Below are positions 17,038-25,105 of a DNA stretch of 64,000 nucleotides, piece after piece (within the stretch, counting starts at the first letter, position 1; every line of letters begins with the position of its first letter). The stretch is from Azospirillaceae bacterium. Lineage in GTDB: Bacteria > Pseudomonadota > Alphaproteobacteria > Azospirillales > Azospirillaceae. Under the pieces are notes generated by a model. It saw only the letters and a list, made by a program, of their open reading frames with translations, was not told the DNA's origin and ran no database searches. The stretch is from NCBI GenBank assembly GCA_028283825.1, contig JAPWJW010000004.1, forward strand, positions 2,292 through 66,291, read 5' to 3'. A program made the position numbers and the translations under genes.

Positions 17038-17409
17038 ATGATCCGCACCGCCCAATTTGACGAACTCGTTGAAGAGGTCGGCATCACCGCCGCCACGGCG
17101 CTGTCGCGTCAATGGGGCGGCCGGGGGCTGTACATTGCCCACAAACCGGGCCCCTCCAGCCCGCTGGCGGCGGTCGTTGGCATGCAGGCGGCGCAGTTGC
17201 TGGCCCGGCGTTATGGGGGCACCGAACTGGCCGTGCCCATCTCCCAAGGCCGGCGGTCCCAGGTGTGGCAGCTGCGGTGCGAGGGCGCCTCCGTGCGGCA
17301 GATCGCGAAGACCACCGGCTATACCGAACGGGCCGTGTACTACATCCTGGCCGAACAGGATCCAGAAGCTGGCGAGCCGCCGCTTCTTGCGCTGATGGGT
17401 AAGGTCTGA
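17038..17409 (+). CDS. Mor/C-family transcription activator
   Basis: FDELVEEVGITAATALSRQWGGRGLYIAHKP...GASVRQIAKTTGYTERAVYYIL matches the Mor-family layout (GG...YIP plus C-terminal HTH). Sits immediately upstream of the lysis genes like Mu C. Confidence 0.7.
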   Translation: MIRTAQFDELVEEVGITAATALSRQWGGRGLYIAHKPGPSSPLAAVVGMQAAQLLARRYGGTELAVPISQGRRSQVWQLRCEGASVRQIAKTTGYTERAVYYILAEQDPEAGEPPLLALMGKV

Positions 17410-17446
17410 CACCCTGCCGCACGGCGCTGACCAGGTCGCGCCGCTT

Positions 17447-17473
17447 CCCCCCTGAAATGTTTCATCCTTATCC
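17447..17473 (+). promoter_or_regulatory. Late-promoter element copy 1 (Plys analogue)
   Basis: CCCCCCTGAAATGTTTCATCCTTATCC contains the dyad TGAAA-TG-TTTCA. 26/27 identical to 25028-25054. Ends 57 nt upstream of the endolysin start. Confidence 0.6.
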
Positions 17474-17529
17474 AAGCCATCCCCGATAGGCAGTTTGAGG
17501 GCTCTTAAGACCCTCTTCGTGACCTGCAG

Positions 17530-18030
17530 GTGGCCATGGCCGAACCCATTTTCGTGCAGTTGCGCGTGCGCCTGGTCGAGCCGATCCTGGCTCGGATCAG
17601 CACGCCGACCCGGCGCCTGGATAGCCGGGCGGCCGTGAACCTGGTTTTGGGCACCTGTGCCCAGGAAACCGGCTTCAACTACCTGGCGCAGTATCCCACC
17701 GGACCGGCGGTCAGCCCCTGGCAGATCGAACCGGCCACGCGGGCGTCCGTCGTCAAGGCGCTGGAAAAGTCATACCCGGACCTGGCCGAAGCCGTGGCAG
17801 CGTTGCTGGTGCCCGGCATTGATCCCGACGTCCAGTTGGCCTGGAACCTCGCCTACGCCGTGGCCATCTGCCGCTGCCTTTACTGGCTTGAGCACCGGCC
17901 GCTGCCGGTCGCCAGCGATGGGCCCGGCCTGGCCGCCTACTGGAAGGACTTCTACAACACGCACCTCGGCAAGGGGACGGTTGAGGAATTCCAGCACAAC
18001 TACACCCTTCACATCGGAGCTTTCTCATGA
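17530..18030 (+). CDS. Endolysin, lytic transglycosylase (SLT-like)
   Basis: LGTCAQETGFNYLAQ...SPWQIEPAT resembles the SLT catalytic Glu motif. First gene after the late promoter. Confidence 0.6.
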   Translation: MAMAEPIFVQLRVRLVEPILARISTPTRRLDSRAAVNLVLGTCAQETGFNYLAQYPTGPAVSPWQIEPATRASVVKALEKSYPDLAEAVAALLVPGIDPDVQLAWNLAYAVAICRCLYWLEHRPLPVASDGPGLAAYWKDFYNTHLGKGTVEEFQHNYTLHIGAFS

Positions 18031-18704
18031 TCCGTCGCGCCTTGAAGGCGGCCGCCTCGGCCGCCGTCGCCATCTGCTTGCTGTCCGCCTGCCTCATCAC
18101 CCCGGCCTTCGCGGCCGATGCCTCGACGGCCACCCCGGCCGTCGTCGCCACCACCACGGCCACCAACACCGCCGTTGACCTGGCCAGCATCGTCACTGCC
18201 ATCGAGGGCGTCATTTTCTCGGCTGCGGCCGCCTTCCTGACGTGGCTGGGCCGCCGCGTGATCCTGGGCATCGAAAGCTGGCTGGGCATTCAGGCCACGG
18301 CGGCCAACACCACCGTGCTGAACGCCGCCATTACCACCGCCCTGGGTATGGCCCGAACGCGCCTGGATGCCGCCCTGCAGGGCAAGACGACGGTGGACGT
18401 GCACAACCAGCTGGCGGCCAGCGTCGCCCAGCAGCTGGTGACCGACATCCCGCACATCCTTGCCTTCTTCGGTCTCGACCAGGCCGCGCTTGAGGCGAAG
18501 GTGATTGGGATGCTGGGGAGCGCCCTACCGCCGATCCAGACCGTGGAGACGCCTGCGCCCGTGGCGTCCGGCCCGACCACCAGCCGGGACGATCTGCTGT
18601 CCCAGCTGAAGGCCCTGCTGGACGGCGTGACCACCACGGTCACCGCCACCGCCGCCGCGCCGGCCCCGGCGCCGGTGGCGGGAGCCCAGCCGGCGACGGC
18701 CTGA
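18027..18704 (+). CDS. Lysis-cassette membrane protein (holin- or spanin-related role unproven)
   Basis: N-terminal signal with LLSAC lipobox-like motif and AFA-AD cleavage-like site. Internal hydrophobic helix IVTAIEGVIFSAAAAFLTWLG. Confidence 0.45.
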   Translation: MIRRALKAAASAAVAICLLSACLITPAFAADASTATPAVVATTTATNTAVDLASIVTAIEGVIFSAAAAFLTWLGRRVILGIESWLGIQATAANTTVLNAAITTALGMARTRLDAALQGKTTVDVHNQLAASVAQQLVTDIPHILAFFGLDQAALEAKVIGMLGSALPPIQTVETPAPVASGPTTSRDDLLSQLKALLDGVTTTVTATAAAPAPAPVAGAQPATA

Positions 18705-18705
18705 C

Positions 18706-18921
18706 GTGCTGCAGCTGGCGATGCTCGGTGGCGGTGTCTTCGCCGGCGCCGGGCTGCTGGCCTGGTTGCTCTACCGGGCCCGCAGCGACGGGGCGGCGGC
18801 TGTCACGGCCGCCGCGACCGCCACCGACCTGGAGAAAACCGATGCGATGCTGCAGGCCGCGATGGCCGTTGACCGCCGTCCTGACGCTGTTGTTGACCAG
18901 CTGCTCGCCGGAGATTTCTAG
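18706..18921 (+). CDS. Putative i-spanin-like membrane protein
   Basis: N-terminal TM LAMLGGGVFAGAGLLAWLLY. Its 3' end overlaps the lipoprotein ORF in another frame. Confidence 0.45.
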   Translation: MLQLAMLGGGVFAGAGLLAWLLYRARSDGAAAVTAAATATDLEKTDAMLQAAMAVDRRPDAVVDQLLAGDF

Positions 18922-19096
18922 CCGTGCCTGCCCCCGCCTGGTGCCGTACAGCCCGCAGCAGCAGCTGAAGGCGGCGCAGGAACTGAGGGTGCTACCAGTC
19001 GATGCCGAGCTACGCACGATGATCGCCGACTACAAGCTGACCCGCGACCAGATCCGGATCTGCCGCGGCGAACCGATCCCCGGGAGCCGTCCTTGA
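18842..19096 (+). CDS. Putative o-spanin lipoprotein (Rz1-like, overlapped)
   Basis: MRCCRPRWPLTAVLTLLLTSCSPE has lipobox LLTSC. Short Pro-containing mature part. Starts inside 18706-18921 in a different frame. Confidence 0.5.
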   Translation: MRCCRPRWPLTAVLTLLLTSCSPEISSRACPRLVPYSPQQQLKAAQELRVLPVDAELRTMIADYKLTRDQIRICRGEPIPGSRP

Positions 19097-19308
19097 CCGA
19101 TGTGATTGATCAAGCCCAGGCGCTGGAACAGGCGCAGCTGGACCGCGCCCTGGCCGGCCGGCGCCGGCCGGGCGCGGCCGATCTGACGCCGCGTGACTGC
19201 CTGGGCTGTGGTGAACCTATCCCGGCGCCGCGCCTGGCGCTCGTGCCTGGCGCCATGCGCTGTACCCCGTGTCAGCGCCGATACGAGGCGACGCATGCTC
19301 AACCCTGA
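19093..19308 (+). CDS. TraR/DksA-family C4 zinc-finger protein
   Basis: CLGCGEPIPAPRLALVPGAMRCTPCQ. Non-ATG start (TTG 19093 or GTG 19102). Confidence 0.65.
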   Translation: MTDVIDQAQALEQAQLDRALAGRRRPGAADLTPRDCLGCGEPIPAPRLALVPGAMRCTPCQRRYEATHAQP

Positions 19309-19756
19309 TTTCGTCGATACCGCCATCAAATGGCTGACGTTGTTCAGCTTGGTGGGCACGCCCCTGATGGCGATTGGGGCCCTGCTGATCAAGCGGACCA
19401 TGGCCACAAAGGAAGACGTGGCCAAGCTGGCGGCCGAGCGCGTGGCCAGCGATGAAGAATTTGAAAAGAAGCTCTCCGATATGAGGGCCGAGACGGCCCA
19501 GGCCGTGGCTGCCGTCCAGCTGAAGTTGGGAGAACGCGTGACCCAGGTCGAGGCGACCTGCACCGCAGTCCAGATCGACATTCGGCACTTGCCCGATCAG
19601 GTCGCCCTTGCCGATCTGCGGGATCGAATTGCCGGCGTCGAGAAGGAGGTCGGGGGAAACACGGCCAGCATCGACGGCCTGCGCCAGGTGATGGAACGGC
19701 TGGAGATGCCGCTCAACCTCCTACTGGAACACCAAATCAAGGGCAGCCGGGCATGA
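19295..19756 (+). CDS. Mu gp25-like protein (DUF2730-like)
   Basis: N-terminal TM, coiled-coil body, position before the gp26/gp27-like genes. Family assignment from memory. Confidence 0.45.
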   Translation: MLNPDFVDTAIKWLTLFSLVGTPLMAIGALLIKRTMATKEDVAKLAAERVASDEEFEKKLSDMRAETAQAVAAVQLKLGERVTQVEATCTAVQIDIRHLPDQVALADLRDRIAGVEKEVGGNTASIDGLRQVMERLEMPLNLLLEHQIKGSRA

Positions 19757-20073
19757 GCGCGGGATTTCACAAGGATTGGATCGAGGGGCGCCGGGCCTTC
19801 CTGCTGCGCTTCCTGGTGGAGGCGGGCGGTTCGTGCCTGCAAAGCATGCTGGTCAGCGCCGGCCTGCGCGCGTTCAAGCGCGATAGCGAAGAGGATCTGC
19901 TGGCGGACATCAAGCACCTGGTCAACATGCGGTGCGTGGAGACCGACGACATGGACACGCTGGATGGCACCCATTCCATCCGCAGCCTGGTCATCACGCC
20001 TCGCGGCGAAGCGGCGGCGGAGGGGCGCGGCGAGCCGGTTCCGGGGGTGCGGCAGAGCCGCTGGGATCGCTGA
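19753..20073 (+). CDS. Mu gp26-like hypothetical protein
   Basis: Coupled ORF between the gp25-like and gp27-like genes. Confidence 0.45.
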   Translation: MSAGFHKDWIEGRRAFLLRFLVEAGGSCLQSMLVSAGLRAFKRDSEEDLLADIKHLVNMRCVETDDMDTLDGTHSIRSLVITPRGEAAAEGRGEPVPGVRQSRWDR

Positions 20074-20621
20074 TGGCCAAGCAATCCTCCCTCAAGAGTC
20101 TGCCGCCCAAGGTGCTTGACCAGGTCAACAAGATGATCGGGGCCGGCGGCTGGACCTTCGACGACCTGGTCGAGTACCTGGCCGAGGCCGGCCACCCGCG
20201 TTCCCGGTCGTCAATCGCTCGCTACGGCAAGAACTACGGCGCTGTGGCGGCCAAGCTACGGGAGGGGCGCGAAGTCACGGCCATGCTGGTGGAGGAAATG
20301 GGGCCGCAAGCCGCCGAAGGGCGCCAGGGACGCCTTCTTGTCGAAATCCTGCGCCGCGTCGCCAGCGACCGCCTCATGCAGCAGCTGGCGGATGGCGGCC
20401 AGGATGCCGACACCAAAGACCTGATGATGCTGGCCCGCATGCTGAAGGACATGTCGGCCGCCGCCCGCTACGACCAGGACTTCGAGACCAAAGCCCGCGA
20501 GTACGCCGCCCGCTGGTTGGACAAGGCGGTGGACGAGGCCAAGGGCGAAGTGGAGAAGCGCGCCCTATCGCCGCTGGAAGCGCTGGAGCGCGTCCGTGCC
20601 ATCTACCGGGGTGAAACGTGA
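20073..20621 (+). CDS. Terminase small subunit, Mu gp27-like (DUF3486)
   Basis: SLPPKVLDQVNKMIGAGGWTFDDLVEYLAEAGHPRSRSSIARYGKNY resembles DUF3486. Lies directly upstream of the large terminase. Confidence 0.6.
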   Translation: MAKQSSLKSLPPKVLDQVNKMIGAGGWTFDDLVEYLAEAGHPRSRSSIARYGKNYGAVAAKLREGREVTAMLVEEMGPQAAEGRQGRLLVEILRRVASDRLMQQLADGGQDADTKDLMMLARMLKDMSAAARYDQDFETKAREYAARWLDKAVDEAKGEVEKRALSPLEALERVRAIYRGET

Positions 20622-21943
20622 CCGGCATCCTTCTCCCCTATCAGACCCGATGGCTGCAGGATGAGGCCCGGTTCAAGCTGGGGATGTTCAGCCGGCAGAC
20701 GGGTAAAACCTTCACAACAACATTGAACATCGTAGACCACTGCATGGAGGCAGAGGCCAGGAAGCGGCGTGAACGCTGGGTGATCCTTTCGCGCGGGGAG
20801 CGCCAGGCACTCGAAGCGATGAACGAGGGCGTCAAGCTGCACCTTAAGGGTTACGGCACCGCCTACGACGCCCTGGAGTACGATTTTCCCGGCAACGACG
20901 CGACCTATCGCGCCACTGAGGTGGCCCTCCCCAACGGCAGCCGTATCACCGCGCTGCCGGCCAACCCGGATACCGCTCGCGGCTATTCGGCCAATGTTTT
21001 TCTGGACGAGTTCGCCTTTCACAAAGACAGCCGGTCCATCTGGAAGGCCCTATTCCCCGTCATTTCCCGAGGGGGGCTGAAGCTGCTCATCACCTCCACA
21101 CCCAATGGCCGCAACAATAAGTTCTATGAGCTGTGGACCGGCCAGGACACGGCCTGGTCACGCCACCGGGTGGACATCCACCAGGCCGTGGCCGAAGGTT
21201 TGGATCGCAATATTCCTGAACTGCGCGCCGCCCTGAATGACGAAGACGCCTGGCGCCAGGAATTCGAGTTGGAGTTCCTGGAAGAAAGCACGGCGTGGCT
21301 GAGCTACGACGTCATTGTCGGCTGCGAGGACCCGGCCGCCGGCAAGCCGGATCTGTACCAGGGCGGTCCCTGCCTGATCGGCAATGACATCGCCAGGCGC
21401 AAAGACCTTTGGGTGGCTTGGGTTTGGGAGCGGGTCGGCGACGTTCTGTGGACCCGGGAGATCGTTGAGCTGAAGGGCGCCAGCTTCGCCGCCCAGGATG
21501 CTGAGATCGCCCGGCTGATGGCGCGCTACAATGTTGAGCGCCTGGTGATGGATCAGACGGGCATGGGCGAAAAGCCCGTGGAAGACGCCCAGCGTGCCTA
21601 CGGCCACAAGGTTGAGGGCGTCATCTTGCAGGCGTCCACGCGCCTGAACGTGGCCATCGCCGCCAAGCAGAAGTTTGAAGATAGGAAGGTCCGCCTTCCC
21701 ACCGGCAACGCCACCCTGCGAGCCGACCTGCACAAGCTGAAGCGCATTGCGGGCGACACGGGCGCCCCGCGGCTGGTCGCGGATCGTGATGGCGATGGCC
21801 ATGCCGACCGGACCTGGGCGGCCTTCCTGGGCATTGCCGGCGGGAACGATACGCCATCCATCATCGACTACTACGCGCGCCTGGCGGCCATACAGAAGGC
21901 GGCCGAGGAAGCCAAACTGAAGGAGGAGGCGGCCCATGGCTGA
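20618..21943 (+). CDS. Terminase large subunit (Mu gp28-like)
   Basis: Walker A-like SRQTGKTF, Walker B VFLDEFAF, C-terminal nuclease-like region with DGDGHADRTWA. Confidence 0.8.
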   Translation: MTGILLPYQTRWLQDEARFKLGMFSRQTGKTFTTTLNIVDHCMEAEARKRRERWVILSRGERQALEAMNEGVKLHLKGYGTAYDALEYDFPGNDATYRATEVALPNGSRITALPANPDTARGYSANVFLDEFAFHKDSRSIWKALFPVISRGGLKLLITSTPNGRNNKFYELWTGQDTAWSRHRVDIHQAVAEGLDRNIPELRAALNDEDAWRQEFELEFLEESTAWLSYDVIVGCEDPAAGKPDLYQGGPCLIGNDIARRKDLWVAWVWERVGDVLWTREIVELKGASFAAQDAEIARLMARYNVERLVMDQTGMGEKPVEDAQRAYGHKVEGVILQASTRLNVAIAAKQKFEDRKVRLPTGNATLRADLHKLKRIAGDTGAPRLVADRDGDGHADRTWAAFLGIAGGNDTPSIIDYYARLAAIQKAAEEAKLKEEAAHG

Positions 21944-24674
21944 AGGTCTGGCCGGGCGCATCGCCAATGCGGTCAAGTACGCGCTGACGGGTGACACCGC
22001 GTGGTTCGGCCCCGGCACGCCCCTGGCGCCGGCTGCGCCGCCCGAGACGGCTGGCCGCCGCTTCGACTACGGCACGGGCATCAACATGATGCCCCGGCCG
22101 CGCTCGGAAGAGCCGGTCACGTTTGATCAGCTGCGCAACCTGGCGCGCGGCTACCCGCTGTTGGCCCTGGTCATCTCAACCCGTGTGGACCAGCTGGCCG
22201 GCCACGATTGGGCCATCGCACCGGTGGATAAAGACCAGGGGGTGAAGAACGATCCCCGCGTCAAGACCGTCACCGACTTCCTGCAGCAGCCGGATCGGGA
22301 GCACGACTGGGGGACCTGGCTGGGTGCCCTGGTTGAAGAGATGTTGGTCACCGACGCGGCGACGATCTACCCGCGCAAGACGGTGGGTGGCGCCCTCTAC
22401 TCGCTCGACCTGATCGACGGCACCACCATCAAGCGGGTGCTGGATGATCACGGCCGCACGCCGGTGTCCCCCGATATTGCCTATCAGCAGATCATCAAGG
22501 GGATGGTGGCGTCGGACTATACGGCCGATGAACTGATCTATGCGCCCCGGGTGTTTCGCACCGACAAGGCCTATGGCTTCTCCCCCGTCGAAATGGTGGT
22601 GAGATACGCCCAGGTGGGCCTGAACCGCCTGAAGCATGTTGAGGACTACTTCACCGAAGGCACCGTGCCGGATGCCCTGTGCGCCGTGCCGGAGGGCTGG
22701 ACGCCTGACCAGATCGCCCAATTCCAGGCCTATTTCGACGCCCTGCTGAACGGGGACGACGGGCAGAAGCGCAAGCTGCGCTTTGTGCCGGCGGCCATGG
22801 CGAAAGGGTTCATCCAGACGAAAGAGGCCATCCTCACCGACGCCTTCGACGAATGGCTGGCGCGCATCATCTGCTACGCCTTGGGGGTGTCGGCGCAGTG
22901 GGCCGTGCGGCAGATGAACCGGGCCACCGCTGAGACCGAGCAGGAACAGGCGCTGCAGGAGGGGCTGGGCCCGCTGAAGCAATGGGTGGCCCAGCTGATG
23001 ACCCGGATCATCCGGGACTATTTCGGCTATGAGGATCTGTGCTTCGTCTGGCGGGACCAAGAGGCGGCCGTCAGCCCCCTGGAGCAGGCCCAGATTGACG
23101 AACTGGACCGCAAGAATGGCATCCGCACCCTGAACGAAATCCGCGAGAAGCGCGGCCTGCCGCCCGTGCAGGGCGGCGACGTGCTGATCATCATGACCGG
23201 GTCGGGGGCCGTGAAGCTGGATGACGTCCTGAACCCGCCGCCGGTGCCGACCCCCTTGCAGACCGCCGCCGATCCCCAGCTGGCCGATCTGGGCGCGGCC
23301 GACCAGGCCGAAGGCTCGCCCCCGACCCACAAGCCGCCGGAGAGGGCGCAGCAGGACGGGACGCAAGCCCCGAATGAGACGCCCCCACTGCGTAAAGCCG
23401 CCCCCATCGTCATCAACCGCAACCGCCACATCGTGCAGCTGGGGGAGATGCAGGCGGCATCCCTGATGACGGAGTTCCTGTCCAGCCAGGCCGGCCCAAC
23501 GGCGGATCGCGTGCTGGCGGCGCTGCCGGCATTGGCCAAGGCGGACACGCCGGCCGATCCTCCCGCCGATCCCGTCAATGACACGGTGCAGGCGAGCGCC
23601 CGGGCGGCGGGTGCCGAAGGCGCCGCGGAAGCGGCGGCCGAAGCTGTGGTGGACGTCGCCCTGGATATCGCCGCCTGGCGGGATGCGGTGGATAAGCTGC
23701 AGGTCATCCTGCAGGCGGTGGTGAAGGATGGCGCCGAAGAGGCGATCAGCAGCTGGACCCTGTCCAGCGCCGCCGGTCCCGGCACGCGCCGGGCGGCCAC
23801 ACGCTCGGCCGTGACGCTCACCAATCCCCGCGCCGTGGCCTATACCGAGGCGCACGCGGCAGAGTTGGTGAGCAACATCACCCAGACCACGCGCGATGCC
23901 CTGCGCCGCCTGGTGGTGACCGCCGAACAGGAAGGGTGGTCGGTTGATCGTCTGAAGACGGCCATCATCGAAAACCACGCCTTCTCCCCGGCGCGGGCGA
24001 AGATGATCGCCCGGACGGAGCTGGGCAACGCCGACCACCAGGGCAACCTGATCGGGTGGCACGCCGTCAACGAGGTGTTCGATGCCGGCCTGCGGAAAGG
24101 CTGGGCGCTGGGCAAGACGGAAGCCCACTGCGCGGCGTGCGAGGAAAACGCCGCGGCCGGTCCCATCCCTTTGGATCAGAGCTTCCCCAGCGGCGTGCCG
24201 TCGCCGCTGGCCCACCCCTACTGTGACTGCGACATGTACGCCGTGCCGCCTGATCAGCCGCCCGACCTGGCCAAGGCGTTCAACCCGGGTCAGCCCAGGG
24301 ATGGCAACGGACGCTGGACGTCAGGGGCCGGGGGCGCCATCGCGCGGGGAGAGGCGGCCATGCGCCACGTCATGAGCACGCGCCAGGATGTGCACGGTGC
24401 CATGGAAGCGCCGGGCGTCGGACCGGTGTCCTTCATCTGGGGGCACCAGGGCGATCCGGCGCGGGACTTCCAGCGGGGCTATGGCATCTCCCACATCATG
24501 GCCAAGCATGGCCATGCGGCGGCCATGGCCGTACCGACCACCCTGATCAAGGGCACCTCGACGCAAGGGCCCACACGGTGGACCTTCCGTCATGAGGGGC
24601 ACCAGGTCATGGTGACGCGCGGCGGCAACGGCCCCAACGAACCGTGGGTGCTGACCGGGTATCATCGGGTGTAG
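21936..24674 (+). CDS. Portal protein fused to MuF/SPP1-gp7-like head morphogenesis domain plus ~125-aa C-terminal extra domain
   Basis: One uninterrupted 912-aa ORF. Residues 1-440 are portal-like by position and size. Pro/Ala-rich linker follows. MuF block: ARAKMIARTELGNADHQGN...AHPYCDCDM. Then linker FNPGQPRDGNGRWTSG and a terminal domain with GYGISHIMAKHGH. Confidence 0.7.
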   Translation: MAEGLAGRIANAVKYALTGDTAWFGPGTPLAPAAPPETAGRRFDYGTGINMMPRPRSEEPVTFDQLRNLARGYPLLALVISTRVDQLAGHDWAIAPVDKDQGVKNDPRVKTVTDFLQQPDREHDWGTWLGALVEEMLVTDAATIYPRKTVGGALYSLDLIDGTTIKRVLDDHGRTPVSPDIAYQQIIKGMVASDYTADELIYAPRVFRTDKAYGFSPVEMVVRYAQVGLNRLKHVEDYFTEGTVPDALCAVPEGWTPDQIAQFQAYFDALLNGDDGQKRKLRFVPAAMAKGFIQTKEAILTDAFDEWLARIICYALGVSAQWAVRQMNRATAETEQEQALQEGLGPLKQWVAQLMTRIIRDYFGYEDLCFVWRDQEAAVSPLEQAQIDELDRKNGIRTLNEIREKRGLPPVQGGDVLIIMTGSGAVKLDDVLNPPPVPTPLQTAADPQLADLGAADQAEGSPPTHKPPERAQQDGTQAPNETPPLRKAAPIVINRNRHIVQLGEMQAASLMTEFLSSQAGPTADRVLAALPALAKADTPADPPADPVNDTVQASARAAGAEGAAEAAAEAVVDVALDIAAWRDAVDKLQVILQAVVKDGAEEAISSWTLSSAAGPGTRRAATRSAVTLTNPRAVAYTEAHAAELVSNITQTTRDALRRLVVTAEQEGWSVDRLKTAIIENHAFSPARAKMIARTELGNADHQGNLIGWHAVNEVFDAGLRKGWALGKTEAHCAACEENAAAGPIPLDQSFPSGVPSPLAHPYCDCDMYAVPPDQPPDLAKAFNPGQPRDGNGRWTSGAGGAIARGEAAMRHVMSTRQDVHGAMEAPGVGPVSFIWGHQGDPARDFQRGYGISHIMAKHGHAAAMAVPTTLIKGTSTQGPTRWTFRHEGHQVMVTRGGNGPNEPWVLTGYHRV

Positions 24675-25027
24675 GGGGGAAGCGTCCCGGTGACGTGGTG
24701 ACGAGTTATCCGCCAGCCACGCTACGCAGCCAGGCCCTTTCTAGTTATCGGGCAAGGATGGGAGCGGGACGGTTCTGAGAATAGGCCAACCCGGTCCCAT
24801 CGGCAACCCCACCCCCTTTGGTGCCTATCAATGGGGGTAGGGTCGGCTTTAAGAGGCACGTAAGAGCCATAAGAGGCCGCTTCTAACGCGTCTGTGGCCG
24901 GTCGGCTGCCGTCGTCGCGGCCACGGGCCGGGGAAGGCCCCTGAGCGGCCAAAAAATCGGGGGTGCTTGCGCCCACCCCCAAGGGGTGCCACCATCCCCG
25001 CGCCGGCACCGCTAAGGCTGCTCCGGT

Positions 25028-25054
25028 CCCCCCTGAAATGCTTCATCCTTATCC
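25028..25054 (+). promoter_or_regulatory. Late-promoter element copy 2 (PI analogue)
   Basis: CCCCCCTGAAATGCTTCATCCTTATCC. Ends 52 nt upstream of the protease/scaffold start. A downstream TAGGCTGT block is similar to TAGGCAGT after copy 1. Confidence 0.6.
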
Positions 25055-25105
25055 GGCCCCGGGCGGGCCCCTAGGCTGTCCTTCGTCACGAACGACGGGG
25101 ACGCC

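Noticed and set aside
16271-17041. 256-aa plus-strand ORF antisense to the lipoprotein gene
   Set aside because: Leu/Val/Gly/Arg-rich with no motifs. The minus-strand gene has an RBS, a signal peptide and a lipobox. The GemA-like C-terminus ends at 16296 in another frame.
24722-25046. Minus-strand ORFs of 95 and 65 aa in the 430-bp gap between the portal-MuF gene and the protease gene (possible immunity or anti-CRISPR genes)
   Set aside because: Pro/Gly/Arg-rich low-complexity translations with no RBS. Plus-strand ORFs here are only a few codons long. The region is treated as non-coding.
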